Below, in pieces: positions 1 to 14,695 of a DNA stretch of 64,000 bases (positions are counted from its first letter, which is position 1; every line of letters starts with the position of its first letter). The notes beneath the pieces were generated by a model that was given only the letters and a program-made list of their open reading frames with translations, searched no databases and was not told where the DNA came from. The position numbers and the translations under genes were made by a program. Source of the stretch: Balanoglossus misakiensis (taxonomy: Eukaryota > Animalia > Hemichordata); the NCBI GenBank assembly GCA_040954595.2, contig CM082596.2, positions 7,018,791 through 7,082,790 on the forward strand. Reading direction: 5' to 3'.

Positions 1-637
1 CTACATTATTGAGCACCCGGCAGCGGGGGAAATTAATCACGCCAAACAGGCTGCAGGCCATCGTCTGCCCTCTGATGAATAATACATGGGACGTTGCGAA
101 GCACGATTGAGGCAAACCTATAAGTCTTTGATGTGGACCTCAAGAATTGAAATTACTTTTATTATTAATAGTAATACCTCTCCGCAAATACGTCGTCTTG
201 GGAATGTAATTGAAAAGGAATGTTCTGAGGAGATCGCTTGACAAGTAAATGATAAATCAAGGCGTACACGAAGGAAAGCGTCCTAGCTTTTTATCTTCCA
301 ACTACATCAATATGTATCCCACATAGGCGCTGTATTAATCATGCAGATATTGCACAATTGTAATAAGTTATTGATGATACTGTTGCAATCTACGAATGTT
401 TGATTTTAAATCATTGAATATCAGACTGGATTCGCGTTTAAGGAGAAACGAGAAAACATTAACAGGGTGTCGAGTAAATCACTGAATGAATGATAAAATA
501 GGAGTGTTATGTTAATTTTTGAGAAAGAGATATTCTTACGAATAAGAGTTCCACTAAGAACGTTTTAATGCAGTGACCTATATGCAAAGTTGAAGGCAAT
601 GTTTAAAGCAAAGAATCATTCGTGCTGGCAGCATCAG

Positions 638-682
638 AACAACAACATCGCTAGCAACAGCAACAACAACAACAACAACAAC
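638..682. repeat. (CAA)n-rich microsatellite
   Basis: Imperfect run aacaacaacatcgctagcaacagcaacaacaacaacaacaacaac read directly. Confidence 0.8.
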
Positions 683-1635
683 TGACTGACCTATAAGGAG
701 GATCAATCCTAAAGGATTAAAAGCTAAACAGATCATTTTAAAAACGTGTACGTTTTTTCTTGCATTTTTACTTGAATACTAAATTCGCTATTCGTGGAAC
801 CATACGTCGCCGGCGACAGCGAAAATGACCTCCATCTCATATAACTTTGACACAATCCAATATGGCCACTCTTGAGCATTTCGTCGTGCGACAGCGACAG
901 TTATCTCACAACAACACAGAAACCCGATCGCTGCCGTTGCAGCCCTTGTAGGGCAGCGGTGGAGCAGATGCAAGGATTATGTTAGTATACGTGCGTTCTG
1001 CAGATCCCATGACAAGGACGCCAGGGCTCTTGCAGCTGGATCAAAACCCAGCGACACTGGCGGAAACTACAGGATACGTCTTAAAATAATACAGCTCAGT
1101 CTTTTGTGGTAGACGTGATACTTAACCCACACTGACCGTATGCTGAAGGCAGTGTGTTGGATCAGTATTTTGCCATACGGTACATACATCATTTTACAAA
1201 ATACAATACTTTCGTAGTAAATACGACACTGATTTACTGCTCACGTTACCATAGCAATAAGGGAAACACAACACGCGTTTTTAAGAATGCTCGGGCCTAT
1301 TGTCCTGTCGGCGACTGCAAAAAGACTTTGCCAAACACTTACTCTGCATAAATATATCGCCATGACTAATAGGGCACAGTTGGATACCGTGTTCGATTAT
1401 ACGCTCTAAATGCCACATATTGTCCGAGGAAGCGTATAATACTGCTTATTTGTAGTATAACGTTTAGATTTGAAGCCCACCATTAACTAATGCAGTGGAA
1501 CACAGCCATAATATTTTTTGACACGCAAGTTTTCTATGTAAACACTGACATACACATAACTACTCGCTTGTCGTGTCATTGTGGTTGTGAATAATTACTT
1601 GCAAAATAGATTACTTTCCCTCCATTGGAGGAGCA

Positions 1636-1990
1636 CGCGAGATTTGGTTAATTACCGTAGCAACTGGTTGCTGGCTGAGTAATACCAGTCAAGCATTGTA
1701 CGAAACCGAAATAGGAACAGTGTGTAACTTATGTGCCTGTTTATAACACGTTCTTGTTTGTCCTGTGTCACATGAGAATGTCCTCTAATACCTAGTCGCG
1801 CGAGATCTCGCAGGGTCACGCGGAGTTCGGAAAATGGTCTACTGTAAACACAAATCAGTTTCCGGCAAACCTCACTTTCCGGAGAGGTCCAACGGTCGAC
1901 AATAGCGCGATTAATTTTCTGATATAGCAACTGTAGCTCGTATCGGCTGAAATCGCGTCGTTCGAGACGTTTGACGCGTGCTCAATAAAT
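1636..1990. mobile_element. Copy of a dispersed repeat family, probably a non-autonomous transposon relic; related copy at about 33229-33640
   Basis: Shares the blocks 'tgtcacatgagaatg', 'cctag..cgcgagatctc..agg' and 'ttcggaaaatgg.cta' in the same order with 33229-33330. 'gcgaga.tt.gttaattacc.tagcaac' recurs at 51560-51710. Boundaries are approximate. Confidence 0.5.
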
Positions 1991-3619
1991 CAATTATGTA
2001 TTAGAAACATTTTAGCATGTTTTAAACATGCAAGTATATGGATCATCGCGTTAATATAATGAGCTGTAATATAATGGCTTTTAGATTACCATACATATAT
2101 TGAAGGATATATATAACACTGTATTTTAAACGTGGGTGGGCGGGGAATATTGCTACAGAAATGGTTGTTTAATTTTAAACGAAGAAAAAAATCAACCAAA
2201 CGGCAGGAAAACTATGACGAAACAAATGACGTCAATCTTAACATTGTGAGGAATATCATCATTATACTTGCATCATGGTAATATGTTCACCGGTAACGCG
2301 ATACACAAGCATCGAAATAGGCAAAAAAGTAGTCATTTTTGCATTTTCAGGGGTTTAATGAGACTCTATGACGCGTGGAATGGATACTATTGTCAAAATT
2401 CTGTTGTGTAGAGGCCGTTTGGTAACTTGTCATCAAGATAATGAAAAACAGTCATATTTTCCGTTTTCAAGTCTTAGGTAACTAGCTGGTCGCAGCTGCA
2501 GCTAAGAATCTCGCCCACTGGTAAATTGTAACTGTACACTTCACAACCTGGGCTTGTCGTCGCAGTCGCAGTTCCTTTACAAATCACGCCCCTCGTCTAC
2601 AACAAAAGCAGACCCTGACTATGTACATAAAGCGTGTCAGAACGACAACACCACGAACGGAGACGTCCGGATTAGTCGCGGGGGAAAAACAATCAATGCG
2701 TTAGGCAACCGGTTCGGATTACGACGGTGTATACCCGAGACGGTTCGCCAGCTATAGTCTGGTGACGCCAGTCTGTCTTACGCAGCGTTATGAATTAAAA
2801 CGTAGTATTGCCCGCGAGTAACCGGGGAGAGCAGAAATTTAAAGTCATTCAACCCGATCCAGTGTACACTGTCCAACCACCCAACCGAAGAATCGATTCA
2901 CCAACTGATATGAATACACAGAGCATTTAAAAAACTTCAATCACCTAAGTTCTCCATTCAACACCACAGAAATGTCCAAACTCGACATTTCATTTCACTG
3001 ATGACGAATGCCCTGATTTTCTTTCTACGACTTGTCGTTTACTGCTACAAAAAACAGCCTCCTTGATATACAAAAGCAAGAAGCGAAGGTTTCCACAGTT
3101 GTGACGTACCTAAGTGTATGTCTGTCTGTCTATCTGTCTGTCTATCTGTCTGCCTGCCTGTCACATTGAAATGGAATATTACTGACTATTGATTACTGTA
3201 TCTACTAGGCAAGTATTTCACTATCAAACTCAGATTATGCGAGTGGAGGTGTAATTTAACCATTTAACCATTTGCAAAAGGTTGAGAGAGAGAGACAGAG
3301 AGAGACAGTGGGTACATCCTGAGCTTATTAAATGACCTGTGTATACTCGTTCGTCGGTAGCTTCCTTGAGAGAGACACACATATTGATTAATGTTGTATA
3401 CACTCTATCCAGACTTGCATTGGGTTAAATGAGACGTTTAACCACATTTCCGGACACCGGATACGCGACTTATTTTCTGTATTGACACGTTTGAAGTCAC
3501 ATTAACATCCCTTCAAATGCGTAGGCGTTTAAGTTGTCATTAGATACAGTATTCCGCCCTATCCATCTTTTTTTTTCGAATACACCGATCCCGGAATATC
3601 TTGCCATATGTCCTCGACA

Positions 3620-3926
3620 AATTAATTTTACTATTTTTGTTGTTAAACAGCATCACAATAAACTATTTTAGTCCAACATCTGGGCGCTAAAATACTCAGA
3701 AATATCTTTTGTAAAGCTCTACTCAGATATTTTATACTATATTAGTATTATACGACGCAATAACGACCTTTTGAGAATTAATTCTACTATTTTTGTTGTT
3801 AAACTGTACACTTTTAGACCAACATGTGCACGCAAAATATTCCAAGAAATTTATTTTCTAAACCTCTATTCAGATATTTTTGTACTCTATTTGTTTAAGA
3901 CGCAATAATGACCTTTTTGAGAATTA
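3620..3926. repeat. Degenerate tandem duplication, about 155-bp unit, 2 copies
   Basis: 'aattaatt.tactatttttgttgttaaac ... cagatatttt ... gacgcaataa.gaccttt.gagaatta' occurs twice in succession. Confidence 0.7.
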
Positions 3927-6267
3927 CAAGTCTTATATTAGTGTTGAATGACTTTCATCCTGATTCACTATAATAGTTAATGTTGCGTTAAATGTTCTAT
4001 TTCATTCTTCACTACGTTAGTGATTTGTTGATTCTTTTGACCTTTTGACGACTAGTAAAGCTTTTTTAAAGAACCCGATATTCTAGTTTTGTATGGTCTG
4101 GCTTGCCATGATGTACATTGTGGCTCTCACAGTTTGGGACCACTTTTGTTGTGAGGGAACATGAATTTCAAATGCAATTTTACGTTACAACGGGGTAAAA
4201 TGTCCACGATGCTCGTGCTTAGAAAAAAAACTATGGGCGTCAGTATATCAGGCGTTCATTCAAATGCGAAGGCACCGCGACAAACGCATTAACCGCCGCC
4301 GACTCCAAGGTTACATGTACTGCCCGTTCAAGCGAAAGACCCCAGGGAGAGGGTAACATTGTTCTCCGGCGAAGTACATGTCTGTGGCTAAATATTAACA
4401 CAGCCTTGAAACAACATGCACGCATTCTCGGTAAGTGGAATACTGCCCGCGGATACTTCAATCCCAACGCTGTACAATTTTGTTCCAAGGTTTAAATTCT
4501 TAGCTGCGCATTCGGACTGATTTCGCTTTGAAGGGGGAGATTTAATCTGTCTTCCGTTCTCCCTGCATGGCGCGTCACAGGAAGCTTCCACGAATTAAAC
4601 GCTTTCGTTTTTGTGCACGAACGATGATCAAACCGAATCTACTGATGCCTGACCGGTGGCGAAAGGCCACATATTTGTCGTTTCTCTCTACATTAACCCT
4701 AACACTGTATTTTTCTCAGTCAAAATTTGGGTGCAATTTTTTTTATTTTATGTAAATCAGAAGGGACTGTATACAAGAGAACACCAGCAGCTGTGTGGAT
4801 GGACGGTACCCAAATAAAAAAAATCACATTAAATCGAGAACATTTATCATAATGTATTTCAGTTGTTATATCAATAGACCAGTTATGACATATTTTACCA
4901 AAGCTTTTTTTTAGCTCAGCAAAATCAATCACACACAAGCAACGTAATGACGTGTAAACTGCCGTATGCTGTTTTCACCATCTGCATTTTTCTAATAAAA
5001 CGCTTTTACGTGTAGAGACGTTCACTGCTTTAGTTCGTGTAGTCTGGTCACGTGCTCCGTCAAGGTCACGATTGGAGTCTCCGAGTCGTACATTAATTAA
5101 TTGGGTTACATTGAATCTGCGTTTTCAGCGAAATGTGCGCAAAACACTCAATGTATTCTAACTTCACCTGTCCGAGTTTTGGCGCGGTCGGAAGTCGCAC
5201 AAACCAAAATTCCGTTCTGCAGGATGTACGCGCTGCATCTTTTTTCCCAGAATTCACCAAGATGGCGGCAACAAGATGGCGGCGTCTTCTCAACAAACAA
5301 CTATACCGCTCAGGATTTTTGCGTCAGAGAGATCCAGCCATGACCCCTGGCGCTTACAACCAGGGAACGTGCGACGTATTAGGCTTTTTACGGAAGCAAT
5401 ATACATCTACTCATGAATGGACGAATAATTGACAAGTCACTATTCAAAATATAAATTGAGGCATTGACAGGAGACGATGTATTTCTGAAGAAACAATTTT
5501 ACATGACTCGCGGAGCCAATGTTTGAAATTTGTGCATGTATGTTTTATAACTTAATCACAGCCTACCATATATATACAGTACACAGGTCATTGCAATTTG
5601 GAGACCGCCTTTGAAACTGTAAAAACGTGCACATCCGCTGCGGCGGTGTTTCGTGTCTTCTATGTCAAAAAAAGCTGAAGGTCGGGGAAGATGGCGACAG
5701 CTAGACGCAAAACAGACTGGCGTGAATACGTCATCGTTGTGTAAGATACACACATTTTCTTGCGGTTATGATTTTACTCCTTGCCACTTCCCCGGGTTTT
5801 GGTGCGACCGTCTTGGTTTCGACGCGATCTCTGGGGTCACCACGCCCATGCCTACGTCCGTTCCTCTGGATATTTAATACCTTCTCTCAATACGATGGTT
5901 ACAGAGACCAGGGGAGTCTGGAAACTAAGATAAGGGTTCTGTCACGTTGTACATTTCAAGAGTTGTTTACGCGGGAAACCATATGTCGTCTCGCTCTGAT
6001 GTCATCACTCCGGTTGTAGTGACATATGCCATGAAGTGGTTTTCATACGGGCAGACAAAAAGACAACACGGCTGTCTGTCTGTTTAGTTGAACGGGTTTC
6101 GCAAAAACACAACAATGGCTGCCAATTAAAGTACACTTCTGGGATACAGATTCTCAGAAAAGATGTACTTCTTCAAACTTTTCAATTCTTTGATACATAG
6201 TGTGTGTGTGGGGGGGGGGGGTCTTTTTAACAGAAAGAAGACCATATGGTGTTCACCATCTTGTTGT

Positions 6268-6463
6268 CAAAAATCACTACTTTATATTTCTCCGCATAGT
6301 TAACACAGAAATGGCGGCCATTTTGAATTTCAAATTTTAGACACTTTCGCTCTCTCCTTCAACAGTTTGCACGGTGACCCAAACATTATTCGCAATTTTA
6401 AGCTTGTGCAAAATAAGAGAAAAAGCTTATAGACCTTGATTTTCGAGGCGCATTCTACCTTAA
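6268..6463. mobile_element. Dispersed repeat (end of a non-autonomous DNA transposon, ...ccttaa), copy 1
   Basis: 'caaaaatcactacttt...tggcggccattttgaatt.caaattt...tttcgaggcgcat..accttaa' is shared with 9817-9995 and partly with 19376-19540. Confidence 0.65.
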
Positions 6464-9400
6464 GCGTGGTTTTTGACAATTGTCAACATATAATACTAAT
6501 GTTCGAAATTTATACTGATGTACTCTCCCTTTCCATTATTTAATATGCTCACTATCATTCGCGTGAGCTCATAAAAAGAACAAGAAAATCGTACAACATA
6601 CAACAAAATCGCCGACACTAAACCCATCTATAGATGCACTGACCTGCATTTAACTAAATTGTGTGTGTTATCTCAAGCTCTGGTTATTGTCAAATGGAAT
6701 GGGGCTTTGCGCATGTGTGAGCAGAATGAGTTCAAGCACCGCAGCGCACAAGGAGTATATAGACTTTCATTCCCTACCTTGCTTTAATTATTCACGACCC
6801 GAAAGCCTACACGTAGATCACAGCAAGCCCTAATCAAGGCGGAGATCAACGTGGCACAAGTTCGCTGCTCCAGAATTGCGTGCTACTCTGGGTTAAGTGG
6901 CCATTTTAGGCTTACACCGGGCGATGCATAAACATTTGCTAACAAATCGTGAGAGGCTAGATTGCATGAGTCCGTAAAACGCATCGATGCGAGAAGTAAG
7001 TTGATGGGCCTCGGTAACACGACATGTTTTTTTTCCTCTTGCGACGTGGCTTCAACGTTTTATGTCGTCTATAGTCAGCCAGATGTTACCCCTATGAAAA
7101 TTTAAATTGGCCACAGTTATCATGAAAAGCTGAGGTTCAGCCAATCACAGATTTTCGTGAGGTGGTACACGGTTACCTACATGTATGTATATTTAGCCAC
7201 AGTAACCATGGCAAGTAGAGATCCAGCCAATCACAGATTTTCAAGAGGTGACCACGCGAAAAACGTGCACCACCAAACAGTTATTTGAAGACTTTGACAC
7301 AGCATTACCCCATAAATGGGTATATGTAAATTACGGGTGTCTAGGACCACAAGTAGCTGTGAGAGTTGGTGCTTAAAATGTACACGTACTCATGATCAGA
7401 TATGGCAGTGTTTATACTCTTTCATGATTTTACTGTTAAAGTACGCATCTGCTCCTTAAATGGGCATTTCCCCTTCATCAATACACTCAAAACCACCATA
7501 AAACTGCACGGGTTATGGAAGGTTTCAGATAATAACATCAGATATCGATGATTTCAGCAGGTGTCTTTAAAAGTTTGTGTTGTCAATCGATGGTATTTTC
7601 CATCATTGGAATTTTTTTTCGCTGAGAATCGTTCTGGGTGCCCCACCCCTGAGTGGGTCGCGTCAATCATGTTTAATTCCATAACACTCCGCAATATACT
7701 CCACGTTGGGGTTCTCACACGATTATATACATGTATACGACTATTCAGCGAGCGAACGTAGCATATTAATACCTATCAAGGCAAAGAGAGTGGTGCATTC
7801 ATCGAAGGACGGTATAAATTGCCTGTTTGCGCCGCAACCGCGGTAAATTACATATAAATATTGGCTGAAAAACACTCCGGTCTTGAATAGGGGTGGAAAT
7901 ATGCGTGTGTGTTAACACAAGGAGAATTTACCTGAGCAATTAGCATGTTGTAGGCGAACGCCGGACTAATAAGACGCCCCCCCCCCCCCTGCAGGGCAGT
8001 CTCATTAGTTTAATGCACTAATTTTATTAGCGCAATTACCCAGCAATAAGGGCGGTTATCACAATCGTTCTCGGAGCTGCTGAAATTTCGCGTTCTCTGA
8101 AATTCCTGTTGAATTGTGTTTTTTTTTTCTCCGGAGTAGGATCGACTGGATTTCTCGGTAAACGATCAATGTCGGCATTGAAAGATTTTTAGACAATAAA
8201 AATAACCCTGAGCATTTTGTTTTTTCAGAACTGTTAACATTAAAGGTGCTGTGGCGCACGCATAATTTCTCTGTACGGAAACAATTTGACACTTTAATTG
8301 GTTGTCGTTGAGGACGATGCAGTATTGCACTAAACAGGTTTTTATAGAAAAACACGCTGATTAAAATATGGGTGGGTCACTTTAATGATATTTCAGATCG
8401 TAGATGCTACGTTTCGACCGCTCACTCCAGAAATCAAAATGCCTGTCTCGTGATCAATTGACATTAATTTTGGTCCGATACATGTACTCGCCACAGGGGT
8501 CTAGTTCTGGTCTATTTTCAATCAGCGGAAATAAAGCATATAAAAAGGTGAACAACGGCCTTTTCTTGTATACGCAGTTGTGGATTATGCAAATATCAGG
8601 TAGCCCGGCAAATCTACGTACATCCGGGATAGTCAGAAAATGAACGCCATAGATTCCCACGTGATCACGACCAGTGTCTCTAAACTTTACTTATGCACCG
8701 AACACGATAGCACAGCAAACGGGATCGACCTTCTAATTGAAAATTATCTCTCTTCTCCAACACTGCAACGGATAATAGAAACATCCTCGCTAAGGTTCTA
8801 AGTGGAAGTCGTTCGGGCCGTTCTATAGCGGCTAACAATATTAACATTAACGCGCTTTCAGTCACACGTCGCACGAAATTGAATGAGGGGCGTTGAAGAC
8901 GGGACTGCATAGAACCGTTTGCTGGTGGCACAATGGGCCATTAGTGGGGATGGATTTTATACGCGTGTCATCAATTATGCCGCGTCTTTCAGGATGCGGT
9001 CTACGTTGCATTAAAGGCCCCAATACCTGCCAACTTTTGAATTATATTCATTTCCTTTCGAACTTAGAATGATCCATTTAAGCTATAGTTAACTGGTGTG
9101 TGTGTGCACAGGCACATTATGAACTTCTGAGTGTGGCTGCACATTTAAATACGAACAAGTTAATAAATAAACGGGTACCACACTCGTTTATTCAACTGCC
9201 CATCGCAGAAATACACAACTATTGTGGTATGCGCACATGGATAATTATGAAAGTCGCCCCACCCACCCTATCTATCCCCTAACAAAGGCCGACAATTGAC
9301 CTGCTTGTAACAGATAAAGTACTCGCACATATTCAGCTTGTACTTGATTTAAATCTCAGATGCGACATCCGGGCTTTTTACACCACTCAAATAACGACCA

Positions 9401-9816
9401 AAATGTATCTTAGAGGTGACCCTATAAATAAATCAATTAGTGGAAATAAGACCGATCCGAGAGAAAAAACGGTCCCTGACTTCAATCGCTTCGCTTATTC
9501 TATTTAGATAACACGACCTCTGACTTTCATCACAGCTAAGAATCGAAGTCACAATAACCGGCGCAGTATATTGGCTTATGAAGACCCCATTGATTGTAAA
9601 TCACATTTAAACTGCCGCAACCGATCAATTGCGTCGTGTGCTTTCCTGCTTCGCGAACTATTTGTGTGTGACGTCACGGATCAATTCGAGACTCAAGTCT
9701 AAAAAAAACAACCCTTTTACATTATTCGTCTTGCGCCTTGGGACGTCTACGGGACGAGATAATTGGTGAACTTCCGTTTTATCAGGAACGAAATAAAAAA
9801 AGGGCGTTCACCGTCA

Positions 9817-9995
9817 CAAAAATCACTACTTTCAGTTCCATACTGTAGACGTGGCGGCCATTTTGAATTCAAATTTGAGACAATTTGGCACTTTCATTCA
9901 AAATTATGCACCGTTACCCTAATTTTTATTCTCGTTTTCAAGAGAACAAAGTTGCCTTGAGCAAAATGGTTATTTCGAGGCGCATATCACCTTAA
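9817..9995. mobile_element. Dispersed repeat, copy 2 (same family as 6268-6463)
   Basis: Same motif order and the same terminal 'gaggcgcat..accttaa'. Confidence 0.65.
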
Positions 9996-11167
9996 ATGAG
10001 AACGCAGCTGGTATTGGGAAGTGGTACTTTAGAACCATAGCATGCTGGTAACTTTCCCGGCATTCTTCTTGGCAACCAAATGAACGATTTGATTAATTTC
10101 ATTCTATATTCCTCTGTATAATTCGTGTCCCTGTCAAGCGAGGGCAGATTTCTGAGGTAACCTCGAACTGGTGACGAGGTTTTAGGAAGGGGAAGCTGAC
10201 AGCCACGCAGAATGAGAGAAATCAATAGCGGGCATGACTACAATGAAGGGATAAGCGATGTACACACGAAAAAGAAAAAAAACTCAAGTCCTGATGTTTT
10301 TGCGTTGAGAGACACGCGATTTTTATCCGCGTGCAGTCGACGGCTGGTTTCTATGACAATCGGGGGTATTTTTGTATACGCAATATGACACGGCCGCGTG
10401 ATTGGTGCCCGCGAAGTACCGTCAAGTGAGTCTCCGTCGTCAAACTTTACGTACAATTGCGTCGTCGAAGCGGCGATCTGGATTCTTCGCGGCCGCAACA
10501 GGGAGCCCCGTCCCGACGCAAGACATTACACGCGGGGAAAAAAAGCCAACGGACGATGGCAACGCCAGTCAACCGTGCCTATCAACTCAGCCACCCAGCA
10601 AATGCAGAAAAATGACGTCAAATTCAGTTGCGTATACGGCATATCGAACACGTTTTAATTACACCATAGACACCGGGGAATACGGAAACGCGAGAGACAC
10701 TCACTGCAGGACTCGTGATGGATTCCTAATAAGCGTGGGTTTCTCCACTCTCGTAATCCGTCACGAAATAACCGTCCTTTCAGACGCATACATTTCGTGT
10801 TGAGTTTTGTTCAAGTGATATAATATATCTTCACTTTTGCGGTATCATCGCCAGACGACTGATTTGCGAGAACTCATCACAAGTAACTATTCAACATTTT
10901 TCTCACTTAAATAACCCTGATATTTTTCATGGCATATATGATACTAATCCCTGCGGTGTAGTTTACTGATATTTTTTTTTCTTCATAGAGGAATCTTGCC
11001 CTTGATCATGTGAGCCAGTATGACTGAGGTACGTGCTATCGACTGGTGGGGGTTATTTCACAAGAAGGGACGGTGTAACATTATTTTTTTTCTTTTCTAT
11101 TATTTGCCGTAAACGTCTGACAGGGTACTGGTGAAAACTCCAATTTTTCGCCTGTCTGTCTGACTGA

Positions 11168-11198
<31 letters not shown>

Positions 11199-12374
11199 CA
11201 TGATCACTTGACGGTTTCTAACAGGTAAAAAAGCAGGTACGTTTATGGTTAAAGTCTTAGACGGCCAGATCACGCAAATTTAAAGCAAATGTCACTGCGT
11301 GTATCACGAGTATATATGTATATAGGTTAAAATGGGAGCAATTAACGCTTGATACTGGAGCAGGTTTCGTTCTCATTAAAATGTGCGTACACTACACGCT
11401 TTATAATGTCCAGAACAGGTGCAATTTTGACAATCTCCGGCATAGTTTTCCGGGACTCAACCTCGGTGCGCGTTAACGGGCCATACCGACAAATTTTAGC
11501 CTACATCAACGGACCGATCTGTGAAAAATATCAACCATCTCTATCGCATCCTGGACGGTAGTGTACGTCCGTGGGTGAATTATTCAATACCAATATAGCG
11601 GAAGATTTTAACTACTGCCTCTGTTAGTCGCTAAAAGTGTAACAATCGTGGAACAGGAAATCTAACAAGGGAGTGCTTAGCGGGAGGAAACCTTCCAGTT
11701 TTACGCCACGTGAAGTCGCCCAGCGCTCAGATGCGGAAAGCTCACTGACGAATGGAAGCCAGTTTACGCAGGGTACCCCATGATACTTTTAAGTTTTCAT
11801 GACATATCTCGCAATAGTGCGAGTCTTCTCTTGCAAATGGGTACCGCAATAAGATAACCAACCCGGGCAAAGCACCTTGCCGACATACACAACCTCGCTA
11901 TTTGTCAAACACACGTAAAAAACAGCGTGTTATACACAGAGATAAAGGTATCACATACCTTGCTGGTGAGGTCCAACCTCGTTCTCCATTCTGCTCGATA
12001 GGGGTGCAATCTTTTTTTTCTACAAATTGTCTCGGAGGCAGGTATCCATACCAGGGACTGGGCCCATGCAGTCGAGAAGTGATTAGGCGCAGCTCATCCG
12101 ATGACAAACGCAACACAGCTACACAGTCAAGTCCCACTTTGACTCGGATCATTCCATTGCCTACTGCAGGGGGGAGGGGTCCGATAATGACCTTTTGAGT
12201 GTGATAAACGATGGCCGTCTGTACCTGTAAACGATGCGTTTTCAGACAGTCAATCGATCAAAATGAAAGTTAAACAGTTGCATTGTGTCTAGAGGTCATT
12301 TAACAATCGTTCAGGTAGGAGGTATGACTACGGCGAAGGTGTTGTATTAATGAAAATATAACGACAGTTTTTTG

Positions 12375-12493
12375 TGATGATGATGATGAGATGATGATGA
12401 TGATGATGATGATTATGATGATGATGATGATGATGATGATTGATGATGATGATGATGATGATGATTATGATGATGATGATGATGATGATGATG
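12375..12493. repeat. (ATG/GAT)n trinucleotide microsatellite
   Basis: About 120 bp of near-perfect gat repeats; it produces the spurious poly-I/poly-H ORF 12328-12600. Confidence 0.95.
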
Positions 12494-14224
12494 CGCGGTG
12501 GAACTAAGCAAATGTACACCCTAGATAAATACTCAAATGGACAATGTTTGTAAATCAACGGAAACGACGTCCCCTTGAGAGAAGATTGACGGTATTGCAC
12601 GAAAACGCCTTCTCGGAAAATGAACGTACACGCGTATGCGGATCTTTTACTGTTCTAGCCAATAATGATGTTATACATTCACTGTAACTATATACGAACA
12701 TACATTTCTGGGTCGGGTTGTCGCTACTTACACGTTGACTGCCGTTTGTGAGATTCGCCGCATGTGGGCGCGCTTCAACTCTTCTCCATCTCACGAAATT
12801 CGGCTCCTTTGTGTTGAACACCTGGTCAACGCGAAATAGTATGGCTTCTTGAACGTAGTTTGCCACGAAGGTGCAGCTGGAGTACTCATTGTCTTTATGT
12901 TATCATCAGCAGGTGGTGCGATGTTTTGTCTGTACCGTCCCACAACGGGAAGTTCCTTGCCGCATACGGCTCATGGGCTAGACAAACTCTGGTATGACAG
13001 TGCTGTTGATGGGCACGGTGCACGATTCGGTAGTCCGTGCATCAAATCATTGACGCGTCTGTCCAACTTCAGAAATATCGCCTCCATTCCCTACAAATAA
13101 AATATCACAATTGTTGAACCAAAATTACCCAACTGTACAGTTGCCACATAACAAATACGACAGTCTTGTCATAATTACAATCAAGATCAATTACGTAGGC
13201 CTACAATGATTTTTTAAATGGTACAACGCCTCAGCGGAGTTGCGTGTCCACGGCTATATACGTGTACATTGCCAGATTAGGGATACCAGTCGCACTACAC
13301 AATATGACGGATAGGGGTTAGAAAATACGCTTTTCAACCCATGAGCCTGAGCCATATCACATATCCTTTCTCTTTTTCTCCTGGTGTTGGCATTTATCTG
13401 TGTCGTCATTTACACTAAAAGTTGCAGCAACGTGTATCATGTAAAAAATAACCAAAAGGTGCTCCCTGGCTGGCCATATTTAATATGCAACGACGGCCCA
13501 TGTCACAACTGCAACCGTCGCTCTCTTTCGTCGAGTCCGCTTCGGTCCCTCAAAACGTTCCCAGAATGTTCTCACATCACCGAAAGACTCGAGTCGCACC
13601 TACCACGTGGTAAAAATCTGCCAGGTGACATCCGACTCCTTTCGTCCGCTGCATGCGCCTCGAGCGCTCGAAACAGGGCCGGGCCGCAGCCATTTTGTCT
13701 TCTGTAAACATTGGGACCCCCTAGCTCATATACATTTCATGACGCCTCCCAAGATAAGAGGGGGAAAGCACTCGCGCAAGAAACGTTGCCTGTGATTTGA
13801 AGACGTAATCTGAAACTCAGAAAATTATTCAAGTTGTCTGATAGACTATATCGCCATAAAAATAAGAAAATAAGGCGTCGTGGATGTTTCTTATTACTAT
13901 CATGAGTTTAAGCTATCTAGTGTACAGCAATACGAATTATGGGATGTATAAAAATGTTCTCAAATCTGTAGTTACTTTTTATTAGACTTTAAAATTGATA
14001 TGCATGGTCTACAGAAGAAGTTTAAAGAATTTTATTGCGAAAGTGTGCTTAAAGTGGCATCTCACGGGGCTTTGAGCACAGGGCGACCTAATAACCTTTG
14101 GTTCTTTATGCATTGTACTATACAAGAATAAGTGTCATAGTCATAACCTTTCCCAAGCCACGCTCAATAGATATTAGATTTCACTGCATGGTGTATGGTT
14201 TTCATTTACGTTTTCACCGAGACA

Positions 14225-14357
14225 GTCAACTCGCCAACGGTTAAAGAGACGTGTCTATCCTGTTCATGCCAATGTATATCTTCTTTTTGCTGGTTATAAA
14301 CCATTTTGGCATCGTCGTACAATTTCAAGTCCCACTGGTTTTCTACTTCGGACCTCA
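14225..14357 (-). pseudogene. Relic 3' fragment of a third sulfotransferase copy
   Basis: 14274-14356 closely matches 14730-14808 and 17995-18072 (the WDLKLY..AKM.YNQQKKIY end) but carries extra T's that break the frame. The 3' flank 'caac.cgccaac.gtta' is also shared. Truncated next to a MITE. Confidence 0.75.
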
Positions 14358-14360
14358 TAA

Positions 14361-14549
14361 GGACTGGTCATTTCTTTCGCCTGAGGTGGGAGGGGGGGGT
14401 GGATTCTATTTTGTGGATATCTAAACGTGACCACCCCCCCCCCATTGAACATGGAAAAGAGGGTGACCCCCATCACCCAATTTCAAACCATGGTGACCTC
14501 CCACATGAATCCACCCCCCCCCCTCCGGCCGAAGAAACTGACCAGTCCC
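14361..14549. mobile_element. MITE, PIF/Harbinger (Tourist)-like
   Basis: Imperfect TIRs of about 27 bp (ggactggtcatttctttcgcctgagg / cctccggccgaagaaactgaccagtccc), with TAA on both sides (14358-14360 and 14550-14552). Confidence 0.7.
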
Positions 14550-14695
14550 TAACCTTTGATTTTTTAGTATACAGTATATGTATCACGTATAAGTGTCTTA
14601 ACGACAGTCATAACCATTTCCCAGTCCATACACTGTATACAGATTAAATTTCGCTGGAGTCTGACGTTTTTCACCCACATTCAACACGCCAACAG

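Noticed and set aside
12328-12600. Poly-Ile/poly-His ORF
   Set aside because: Artefact of the (ATG)n microsatellite.
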